Source: Klebsormidium nitens
Taxonomy: Eukaryota > Plantae > Klebsormidiophyceae
Assembly (NCBI GenBank): GCA_000708835.1
Contig: DF237047.1
Coordinates: forward strand, 1-64,000
Length of the DNA: 64,000 nucleotides
Direction of reading: 5' to 3'
This document shows positions 49,988-61,154 of the stretch, piece by piece. The position numbers and the translations under genes were made by a program. The notes beneath the pieces are model-generated. The model worked only from the letters and a program-made list of their open reading frames with translations. It had not been told where the DNA came from and did no database searches. The first letter of the stretch is position 1. Each line of letters begins with the position of its first letter.

Positions 49988-52030
49988 ATGGCTTCCGCCC
50001 TTGCCGCCACCTCCGTCTCCGCCCTGGTGAGCAGCTTCACCGGCAAGGTAGCTGCCTCCAAGAAGGTCTCCCAGGTCAGCAATGGCGCCAGGACCTCCAT
50101 GGTCGAGTTCTATGGCCCCGACCGTGTTAAGTTCTTGGGCCCCTTCTCCGGAGACACCCCCTCTTACCTGAAGGGAGAGTTCGCCGGTGACTACGGCTGG
50201 GACACCGCCGGTCTGTCCGCTGACCCCGAGACCTTCGCCAGGTGAGAAGCCAATGCTTGGAGCAAAAGGCTGATTGATATTGCATTGAATTGCTCGCATT
50301 TTTGCGCGATTCATCTCAAAACTTTCAGTTGCTGAGAATTGCCTTCGCGCTTGAGTTGCTCGAGTCCACTTCTGGAGCACATGAATTTTGCGGTGCGGCG
50401 CTGATTGTTTGCTGGTTAGTATTGTAACTTTGGGAGGTGGATGCGCCATAGCGGCATTGACGGCCTTGAGGCAATCTGCCTCGGTGGGGAAGCATGAGCG
50501 GAGTAGCTGCAAGTGCAGTAGCAGTGGAGAAGTAATCGGCACTGGCCGGCAGAGTGGGGCAGGCGAATTGCGCACATGTCCGGCATACAGCAGTTCCTTT
50601 AGTATCATTTACTGCAAAGCTCTCTCATACTCACGAGGCGGCCGGGTTCAAACGGGGCCAGGGGCAAGTAGGTTTCTAGGCTGGACCCCTTTGACACTTG
50701 CACAATGCCAGCTCTAGTACTGGGATACTGCAAAGAGCGTTTCAGTTTTCTCACCCGGCCGGTGCACAATGCAGGAACCGCGAGCTTGAGGTCATCCACG
50801 CCCGGTGGGCCATGCTCGGTGCTCTGGGGTGCGTTTTCCCCGAGCTCCTTGCCCAGAACGGCACCAAGTTCGGTGAGGCCGTCTGGTTCAAGGCTGGCTC
50901 TCAGATCTTCGCCTCCGGCGGCCTGGACTACCTCGGCAACCCCAGCCTCGTCCACGCCCAGTCCATCCTGGCCATCCTTGCTTCCCAGGTAAGAATGCAC
51001 AACCTGATTGGTTGTGAACTCGCATTATTTTTCTCTCCTGTTTGCATGACGTTTACACCAACTTGACTCTCCCAGAATCTGTGCGCTGCAGCTGACTTTC
51101 TGCGAGTGACGTTCCTGACTGTCCATTTCTGGGGCAATTCGTCTGACTCGCTTACAGAGTACTTGAATAGAAGCAGGGATGCTGTTGCAACTGACAATTG
51201 CCGCGCACCCCCCCTGGCCTTACATCCTGTTCTGACCCTTCTTTTTCATTGCCCCAGGTTGTGTTGATGGGTGCCGTTGAGGCATACAGGGTGAACGGTG
51301 GACCCCTCGGCGAGGTTGAGGACCCCCTGTACCCTGGTGGCCAGTTCGACCCGTAAGTTTTGCGAACTCTGCATTTGTCAAGTGCCGACTGTGACACACG
51401 GCCAAGGGCTTGTCTCCAGTGAAGTGTTCTTCAAGTGCACTGGGGGAAGGCACATAATGCAATGCTGCCAGGGGATGGCCCTCTCAAACCAAGCAATTTG
51501 AGAGATTCAATTGCGTCTCAAGACAGGTCGTTCTATGTAGGAATTGTGGACCTGAACACACATCCCCCTCAGCAACTCACCCACTCCTTCCCTTCTGCAG
51601 CTTGAACCTGGCTGAGGACCCCGACACCTTCGCTGAGCTGAGGACCAAGGAGATCAAGAATGGAAGGTGGGTGTTCGTCCTACTTTCCCTCCTGCACTTC
51701 CTTGTCTGAACTTCTTCCTATGTCTCGTTCTCAGCACTTGGCACACCAGGATGCACCTTGGGTGTGCAATGTTTGTCGAGTTGTATTCTCTCATGGCCCC
51801 AATTGCCTGTTTCCAGTCAATGTCATCAGCTTGATTGGGTCTGACACTCCGCCTGACTAACCTCGGTTTCCCTTGCTTCTTGCAGACTCGCCATGTTCTC
51901 CATGTTCGGATTCTACGTCCAGGCCATCGTCACCGGCAAGGGCCCCCTCCAGAACCTGTCTGACCACCTCGACAACCCTAGCGTCAACAACGCCTGGGCT
52001 TACGCCACTGCCTTCACCCCCGGCCAGTAA
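49988..52030 (+). CDS. LHCB: Major LHCII chlorophyll a/b-binding protein, copy B; 5 exons (49988-50241, 50775-50988, 51258-51352, 51601-51666, 51886-52030)
   Basis: Same motifs and intron positions as copy A. Internal exon sizes are identical (214, 95, 66, 145 nt). Confidence 0.98.
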
Positions 52031-52979
52031 TTTGTCAATGCTAGCCTACGGAAGTTCTGTGTCTGCGTCAAACCTGTACAGAGTCGAGCTAAGACCGAAA
52101 CTGATTCATCGATTCTTAGCAACACATGTTGCCACCCTTGTTTTTGTCGGTGAAATAAAGTGGATCGGATCGCTACCAACCTGTTTTCCCTCTCACCTCA
52201 ACCACTCGTGTTATTGTATTATACCAATGGTTCCATCTCATATACCGGTAGTGTCCGCACGCGACTCATGCACACAAGATGCGATTTGACCATGCCATGC
52301 TTCAAACTCAAAACTCAATAGTACTTAGATGCTATGCAATCATTCCACTATAGTCACGCATAACATCCTGCGTTCCGTTATGAACTGTGACGTAGAAGCA
52401 ACTCAAGACAGCTAATATATTCGATCCGGGCTCTCGCGGCTGAAACAACTTTTAGCCAACTCATCCCTACCAACTCTAGCTTGCAGTCACTAGGACAAAC
52501 ATTTCAATGCGTGCATATGAATATCTCATGCATGCATGAGACATTAAACAAGTTGTCCTACACAATCACACATTGATTGCAAGCGAAGCTAAATTCTCCG
52601 GTACATTGAACTCTTTGCATTGAGTTTTGCCCATGGCTTGAAAGCTCCAGCTCACACCAAGCACAAACGTACATGCAGAATACCTTCAACAATATTGAGT
52701 ATTTGCAACATCCCATCTACAACTCTGACAAGTTGTTTTTGAAGGCTGAATCGCATGCTTTCGAGCGCATGCTCGTGATGCAACACGTTGGTTCCAATGG
52801 ATCACGATTTACAGATTTCTGTCTCATATGTATCCACGCAATGGGGACGTGAACTGCATGGACATGGACTGCCTAGGAGCCGCACACTTCCAGACTGGGC
52901 TAGATGTACATAAAATGGACTGACCCAAAGCACTACAGGTGAAGTTGGCAACACGAGCTCGGGCTGATCGTGACAATGT

Positions 52980-55900
52980 TTAAGTCGCCTGCATGAGTTC
53001 TTGCTCCAATTGCGCGTCTTGCTCTTCTTCCGTTTTACCTACTTCCCCCTCCTGCCTCTCATGCACGGTCTCTAACAGAAACTTGATCCTAGCGGAGCTG
53101 TTGCCTCGCTTCTCTAGGGGAATAATCCGGCCCCGTTTCGTCTTCTTCGGCTTGGTGTAAACGCGCACCCACCCACTGTACGGATTCACCACCTGATTGC
53201 CCCCGGCCTCCGCCGACTCGCCATTCCCGGAAGGATCCCCCTCTTCGAGGATCGCGTCCCAAGAGTGTTGATATGCAGCCACCGGGCGCTCCCTCAAGAC
53301 TTCGAAGTCGTCATCCCCCCACGTATCCTCCTCCCCGTCTTCTTCGTGGATTCTCAACCCGTTTCTCAGATCTGAGTCGATTGACTTACTCGCTCCAAAT
53401 GCTTCGCTGTTTGATACGCCTTCCTCCCCCCTCAACAACGCATCCTCTTCTTCCGATAACCCTTCTTCTCCATCCGCCTCTCTCCCCTCCCCTTCGGACT
53501 CCGACCCCCCCTCCCACTGCTCCCATTCTTCTCCCCTCTCCTCCCCACAAAACAAATCCTCCGCCTCAGCAACGGTTTCCGGCACAGTGATCCCCTCCAA
53601 AACAGCGTGCTCCCTCTCCCGGTTCTCCAAATCTTCCTCAATCTCACTTTTCACCCCCCTCGGCACCCTGTCTCTCGCCCCCCCCTTGCTTGCCCCCTCG
53701 GTTACACCCCCCCGGAAAATTTCGCGCAGGTCGTCCAGGCTGACCTGGTCCTCCCGGGGGGCCGGCCGCAGCCCCCAGTCGTTGTCCCCCGGTTTCTCTG
53801 GAGTCGCCCGCCGGTCGCGCCCCCGCTCCGCCCCGAGAACTCCCTTCTCGTCGAAGACGCCCGCCTCGCGGAGCGCCTCGAGATTCACGGGTGTCGCAAA
53901 TGTCTCTTGGATGTCCTGCACAGAGAGTTCATAGTTCTACATCAGCGAGATGAAACTTAACAGGCGTTGCAGTTCTCAGAGGCGGCTCGCCTGCCTCCGC
54001 AGAGCCTGCAGCTCTCTCATCATTGCAAACGTTTTTCAATGTCCTGGAGGACGAAGAAACGAACATCGAAAGCGAAAGAATCATCGAGAGCCCTGCGAGT
54101 CGTTCTCTAAAGGCCTGCAGCAGGAAAAGAAACGAGTCAGAATCGAAGGAACGAAAAGATTCGAACTGAGCATCAGGAAGCGCACAAAAAGGTCGTCAGA
54201 GATGCTCGTCTGCGCACTGCCTCCTGGTGGACTGGTATTTCAACCCTCTCAGTGTTCGGCAAGAACAAGAGTTTCAAGGAGAGTCAGACAAACTCTTAGC
54301 AGAAAAGTGGGCCAGCCTTCTATATCAGGTGGCAATATGTTGAAATCCAACTACGCCTCAAAAAGCCTCAGGTCGGATCCCTTGTGCTTACGAGCGATCC
54401 CAAGAAGAGGAAGTTTGCCATACCTTCATGACAATCTTCTCCGGTCCCTCAGCATTCGGCACCTTCATACCCGCCCCCGACTTACAAACTTTGGCATCGA
54501 CCCCCCGTCGCTACATTAACATGCCCACAAGCCCAGAAAGAAATCAAGTCCTGAGGCAAAAATCGCTCCCCTTACCTTCATCGTGATTTTCTCCAGGCCC
54601 TCCTGCCACGGCTCCCTGACCGGCTGCCCCGTCCTCAGAGCGCTCAGCAGGTCCTCTTTCTTTGCCCGCTCGTCCAAGCCCCCCTCCACGATGATCCCCG
54701 CGCGCGCCAACTCCGCCAACTTGCGCTCGTGCTCCGCGCGCCGCCGCTCCTCCATTGCTAGTTGCAACTCCCGCCTGCAAAATTTTGGGTTTGAAGGAGT
54801 TAGCAGACATTGGAATGTTAAAATTGGAATCTTAAGATAAGTCCCTCGCAGGTGTGAGGGACTGAGGCGGTTTAAGGCTTCTCTCTTTCAGGTTCTCAGA
54901 GTTGGGTCTGGGAAGAGGTCGTATGCTGATGTGGTTGAAGAGCGAATTCGTTCAAAAGGCAACCGGTTGAAAAAAGCAGAACTTCCTTCTGCTCGCCAAA
55001 AGATCGGAGATTCGATAAGTAACATGCAGCTTTGCCTTTGAGAGCCGGTCTGTGACAGAAGCATGGTGCTTGCGGCTTCGCCTGCACCACCGTGCTGAGA
55101 AGATCAAAAGGGTCATGTCAAAATTGCAAAAGTGGGCTGGGTTTTTTCAGCACAGCAATGGAAGGAAGCTAGATGCGACCCCACATGACGAACGGCGAGG
55201 AGAAAGGGGCAGAGAATCGCAACCGGGCAGGAGCTCGAGCGGAGCTTCCCTCACCAGCCGCCTGATTTTGACGCAACCCTTTTTTCTTTCAAAGAGCTCA
55301 GCTGAGAGAATGGAAGCAGGATGGGATTTAGGCGAGGCAAGTTGTCGAACAAACTGTCCTCTTTTGGATAAAGTCAAAGAGCGAGACACAGAAGCCAGGA
55401 GCAACTTCTGAGACTTCAATTTGCTGAGGAGCAATGCAATGTGGCGATTTCAACCGGATCATCCGATGGCGTGGTCGTACGAGCCAGAAACGTAATTTTA
55501 ATACCTCAACAGTTGCGTTTCAAATATTGTTCGACCAGCCTGCGGGAGTCTCAGCATCTAAGTCCCATTGTGAAAAGTCTTGTAGGCCAGACAGTGACAC
55601 GCAGAACTACTTCGACAAACGCCCGAGGAGCGGCCAGACGCCCTCTTCGCCCAGAAACTAAACACTTTCTGCAGAGCTTGGTAATGGCCGCTTTCACCAT
55701 TACAGATCGACCACAAAGCCTTAAAAACCTTGACATCTGTGCCCGAAGGACAGCAAGCCGCAGATTTATCTCCTAGACAAGCTCTGAGCTTTGGGCCGCC
55801 TCCCACCTGATGGCTCGCCGCTCCCTCTCTAGTTTCTGCCGCTCAATCGCCACTTTAATCCGCTCCTTCTTGGCATCCTTCCACTTCTCCATTAGCCCTA

Positions 55901-56108
55901 GCTTCCGCAGGCTCCTCCCCCAGATGGGCCCCTCCTTCTGCTTCGGCCCTCCCCCACACACAATCTGCGTTGCGGTGAACCCCCTGCTAGGCACGAGGGC
56001 GCGCCCCGGCGCAGAGAACTGTGCGGAGGCTTTCTTCCAGTCCGGTGCCAGAAGGACGTCTGGCCCACTGACCGGCGACCGGAGCAGCTTGCAAACAGCG
56101 CGAGACAT
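52980..56108 (-). CDS. Uncharacterised protein (about 478 aa): organelle-targeting-like N-terminus, charged coiled-coil, long acidic region; exons 55807-56108, 54576-54774, 52980-53915
   Basis: Three GC-rich ORF segments join in frame through canonical sites (ATC AG|G CGG GAG; ATG AAG|GAC ATC). No family recognised. Confidence 0.75.
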
Positions 56109-57244
56109 GGTCACGAGCGCCCGTACAGGAGCCCTGCACGACCTTCTCACCAGTACCTGGCAGTGTTGGCCTTTTGCCCTTCCTCCCCTCTACAAAGTCT
56201 CCCAACTCCAAAGAGTGTCCTCACTGCTCAGAGCTAGAGCCTAGAGCCTGAGGAAATGCTGAAGTCTGAAGCAGTTTCAAAAGGAAGAGTTTGATCAGCC
56301 TGCCATTGCTGGCGCCTCTCGAGCATCAAACGGGCGACCTCCGCGCATGCCGTCGATCAGCCGCCAAGGACCGGCATTTCGTACAGATCTCCAGCCGTTT
56401 AACTGTCCACAGCCGTGACGGGGGAATATCAGCGTCGACGTCAGGAAGTGCGGCAGATCTGGTCGCCCTCCAAATGACAAAAAGCAACTGATCAGGGCTC
56501 GTGTACGGACATTCTTTGAAGTTTGATGCGTTTTCATTCACAACCCGTCCCTGGTAAATTTGGTAGTGTCGAGACTTTACGGTCGGACCGTCGGATGAGC
56601 AATCCGACGGCCGAATATGTGTTTTGATCGGCTGACACTGCACACGCGAAAACCCTCCAATGTCACGAACCAACTTTTTAAGCTGCCCAATACAGCGCTT
56701 TCAAGATAACGGAGGCCGCAAACTCAGAAAGGTCACCATGCCGATTGCGCAAATGTCCACCAAATGTTGTGCTGATTAGTGCCAACATTAGCACGCATAT
56801 AGACGATGCTTCATTGCAATTTACAGCTTCTGAAAAGATGAAAAGACCTGAAAATAAGAGTAGGCTGCCTACAATGCTTAGCGACCCCTAGCTCTTAGTC
56901 GTGAAGATTCAAGACTGCCGTCGGCCGTGCTTCAAAATCCGCAGTAAGGCGTCGCAAAATCACTCTACAAATTTGACTCCGGCCAAGACTCGACCGGTGA
57001 CGTCATCAGTTCCGACCGTACGACTCCAATTTTGTACGGCCCGTGGGCCGGCGACACTGCCTCGACTCGATGAGTACTGATAGGGACCAAATGTTTCGCC
57101 GGACGGGACTTGACACAATGCCAAACTGACCGACCAAGTTCGTCCTAGATGTCTACCCCTCCAGGTGAGGGCGGACTGGTCGTGTTTTGAATTTGACGGC
57201 TGGAAGAAAGGACGTTCAAATTCAATGTGAAGAATCCTAGCGTC

Positions 57245-60132
57245 ATGGAGACCAGGCAGGAGAGGACTCAGCAAAGCGGGGGAACAGGAATTTTCTCGCG
57301 GACAACACAAGATTTGAGGGTCCTTCGTGAGCTCTTGGTGCGCGTGAAAGAGACGCAGTATCGTCCGAACGCAGACGAATTGAATGTGCTTTCCTGGTTG
57401 AACCGGCAGATTCTGCTGGGTTATGTTGGCGGGACGTTTCTGTTCACTCTCCCAGGCGTGCTTGGTAAGTTTCTCGCGAATGATTGTCAGTTCAGTTTCA
57501 TGGATCAGCGAGAATGCATCGCACGCTCTGATGCTCCTGCTGGCACGAGGATTGAGTTGCATCAGTTGGACTTTACATGACTACAGTGTACTCAAACTGT
57601 TCTCATAGCTGCTTTGAAAACCAAAGTAGGATAGGAGCTCAGAGTTTCAGCAGTTTTTTTGGTTCTGATTGAGCTGGTGGTGCTTTGCACTTTGAAACCT
57701 CCAATCTAAAATCTCAAACCCTCACGCATGTGGTTTGCTTGTTCTGACACACTGCCTTGATTGTCCAGCTTTCCGTTTCTGGCGTCCACAAACCCTTCTC
57801 CGCTTCACCGTTTCCTCTGGAGCAGCATCAGGTGAGGTTCCTCAAGCCTCCTTTTGTAGAAGTGCTCTGGCGGAGATCTTTGCAGGGCTTTCATTCTACC
57901 TCTTCGACCTGCAGGTCTGTGTGTGCTGTGACTGCTGCAGACCTATCTGAAGACCTCGGAAAAGATTGCTTTGGGAAGGATGACCTCCTCAGCAGGGAGG
58001 GGTAAGTTAATCTGCATATGTACTGTCAGTGGTCCAACTAATGAGGCCAATTTGTTTGTTATGCAGCTGGCCTGGCCTATGGCGGCTCTCTTGGGTACCC
58101 TCTATTTACCAGAGACAAGCCTACAAAAAAACTCTTGGAACTTGACGGTTCTCCACTGCAAGGAGAGCTTGTTGCAATGTGAGCAGCCGCGGCCAAGTCG
58201 CTCTGGGTGGCTGATTGGCGACTGCCTTCTTCATGCTCTGCCTGCAAAAGGACACTGATAGTAAGAAGATGTGTCGCTGAACTTGGTGTGGACCTGCCAT
58301 TTTGTTCTGCCGTCCGGTGTCGCTTGTTTCTTGGCTTGGTTACGGAGGCCGTTGCAGCTGGTGCGTATCGGTCCAATTCGTGCAATGTGTTGAAAGGAGG
58401 AAGCGAGGGATTGCGCGGCTGCTGCCTTTTCTTTTCAAGATGTAGAAGAGCAGGAAGTTGGAAAAGGACCTGCTGAGGAGATTTGCAGCCTGTTGTTGCA
58501 TCGTTTTGACTGCGTAGTCCGTTTCAGGTGTGTTCAAGTTTTCTTCGCATCTGTGCGATCGCGCAGAGAGGAAAAAGAGGAGGGATGGGGGCCCGCCGCT
58601 TCTTCCATTTTAAAGGTGCAAAAGAGGGGAAGTGGGTCAAAGATAGCAAGTCCAATTCATATTGCATGACGAGTGGCATGTCAGACTGGATACTTTCCAA
58701 AAGCAAGCTTCTCATTTCTCGATTTTTAGATTATGTGACATCATTCTCGAACCTTCCTCTTCTGCAGCCTGCGTGAGAAGTACCCCAACCATCCCGCCCT
58801 CGCTGCCCTGAACGCGAGACCAAACACGAGCGGAGTCATGTACGATGAGAACGGCGAACGAGCGTACCCGCGCCTGCCGCCAGCCCCCGATAACGGGTCC
58901 CAACACGAGCCGAACTTCGGACCGTCGGACCGCGCTCGCACGGCCCAGCGTCCGGAGGGTGAGCCGGCCTCAGGGAGCGGACACAAGGAACGAGAGGAGA
59001 GAGGCGGTTTGCGCAAGAGGATCCGTGCAGATTTGGAACGGAGGAGGCAGCAGGGGGGGATTTCGCCGGAGGGGGCAGGTCCAGTTGTGTTGGAGCGACA
59101 AGAGGAGATGTCGGGGACGGGGAGAGGGGAAGGGATGGGGTGGGAGAGGGAGCACCGCATGGCACGAAGGGAAGATGGTGGGAGTGAGTCGTCTCGGGTG
59201 AATGTCCCCGCACAAGGGCGGCCGGAGCTGCGAAGACACACCGAGGTAGGGCATCTAGTGGACCCCAAACGATGCCCGCTTTGTGTGATTGATCAAAATG
59301 AAGCCAGAAAGAGCGAGCCACATCTCAACAACTGAGAACGGATGTCGACGTACTAGAAAGATCAGACCTCGTTCTGCCTAACGTGATGGACAGAGATTAG
59401 GTTATGAATCACGTGCCTATGTGGACGAAAAGGTTGCGAAACTCGCCTCTGGACCGACAAGGGCTGTAGCTCCATCATCATAGTGCTTCGCTTTCTTCCA
59501 ACGGCGTTCCAGTATTAGTCATCGTGTTGCGTACCAAAAGGTTCGTGCAGGGGTCTTGAATGGGCGTAGCAGAGGCTGATTGCAAATCATCGATCTGACG
59601 CCTAGACTGATTGTCAAGGGGTTTGCGAGTCTTTTCACCGTTTCATCCTTCAGGTTGGGGGTGCTCCGCTTCAATCGTATCTGAGCTTTTCGCGTCGACT
59701 TGCTGCCTACTTGCTGTGTCAAGGGAGCTGCAATCTTAATCTGTTGATTAAAACCTTGAGAAGAATGCAAGAACGTTAGGAAATGACGTCACACGATCCC
59801 CCCTGCAGGTCACGGCCGATACATTCTTTTCTGAACCGCTTGACATCGCAATGGGAGGCGATATTGCTCCACTCCAGCCTTCAGTACAACAGAGTGACTC
59901 GGAGCACCACAAACGGCTAAGTCAGATGAGTCGACAAGAGAGACGGGAGTACCTCAGGCACAGAGAGCTAGCGTCAAAAAGCAGAGGTTATTTTGACGAC
60001 AGGTCGGATGACTCGACGGCGTCTCAAAGCGTTGAGCCGCCACAAAACCGACCAGGGAGTCGGATGCACGGGCCGCCGCCGGTGCGCCTAGGGGTGGCAG
60101 ATGGGTTTGGTGTCTTGGGTTGGAAGTTTTGA
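57245..60132 (+). CDS. Uncharacterised two-TM-segment membrane protein; exons 57245-57464, 57769-57831, 58067-58178, 58768-59245, 59809-60132 (3' end uncertain)
   Basis: Canonical GT-AG junctions give a continuous frame: ...GYVGGTFLFTLPGVLAFRFWRPQTLLRFTVSSGAASAGLAYGG...KKLLELDGSPLQGELVAILREKYP...FFSEPLDIAMG. It resembles, from memory and unverified, a conserved uncharacterised plant family. Confidence 0.7.
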
Positions 60133-61154
60133 ATCTGAGATTGTCAGCCGGGGGATCGAAATCTATTCTGCAAGAGATGGTCAGCTGCCGGCCGTTTCCT
60201 TAAGGGGGCCGGAATCTGAAGACTTTTTTAACAGAGCTATGACCATCAATCTTTCTGCACGATTACTCGTAGATAAACGTCAGATGGTACGACCACTGCA
60301 AGCTGGTGTCAGTGACAATCCTTGTGCAATTCAGTGCTTGTGCCAAGCCCAATGTCAAACCTGATGTGAAGCCGAGGATAGGTCTGACGTTCAGTTGATC
60401 ATTGAGCTCAGTCGATTCATTGGACTTGAGCTCAGAAGCGCATGTGCTCTTACAGAGTGTGTCGATTGATCGTTATCTGGATGAGAAGTCAATTGCATGC
60501 TGGCTGAAAAGTGGCAGGGCTGAAGATTAGACAGATTTTATATTCATTCGACATGGAGTGATTGAACTAGACTGCATGACCCTTAACAGATGGCGATATG
60601 TACGTACAGAAAGCACTCATGGCAAATGCACAAAGGTATATGTCTCCAGTCCCTTGGAAGAAAGTCACGGAAACAGATCAAGCTGCAAAGATTTAGATCT
60701 CGGGCATGCCCAGAGTTGCTCTGGCAAGCTTCAATCCCAAGAGAAGCTTGCCAATGCACTGAGCCCGGCGGGAATTCAACCGAATGCTTGATTCTTTGCC
60801 GCATGTCTGACTCATATGTCCATGCAAGTTTGTCCATGTACGTCAGCATGAGTCTACTGGTTAGTCCTAGACATGCTTTTGTGCGCAGACATGAAGTGTT
60901 CTGACTTCTTCAACATGCATTTTGCAGAAAGGTGAGGTTTCGAGTCCCTTCAGGGTTCAACACACTCATAGGGCATGCACACGAAGTTGTGTTTCATCGG
61001 GTAAGGATTGACCGTCGATGCGCACGCTTTGATCCGTTTCACCCGTTGGATAATCGAGACGGGCTGCGTGAAATAGACCCCTAAATCCGAGATCCAGACT
61101 CCCTATATCCAGTGCGCTGCAATTTAACTTTATTGGGCTCAAATTGCCAGCATT

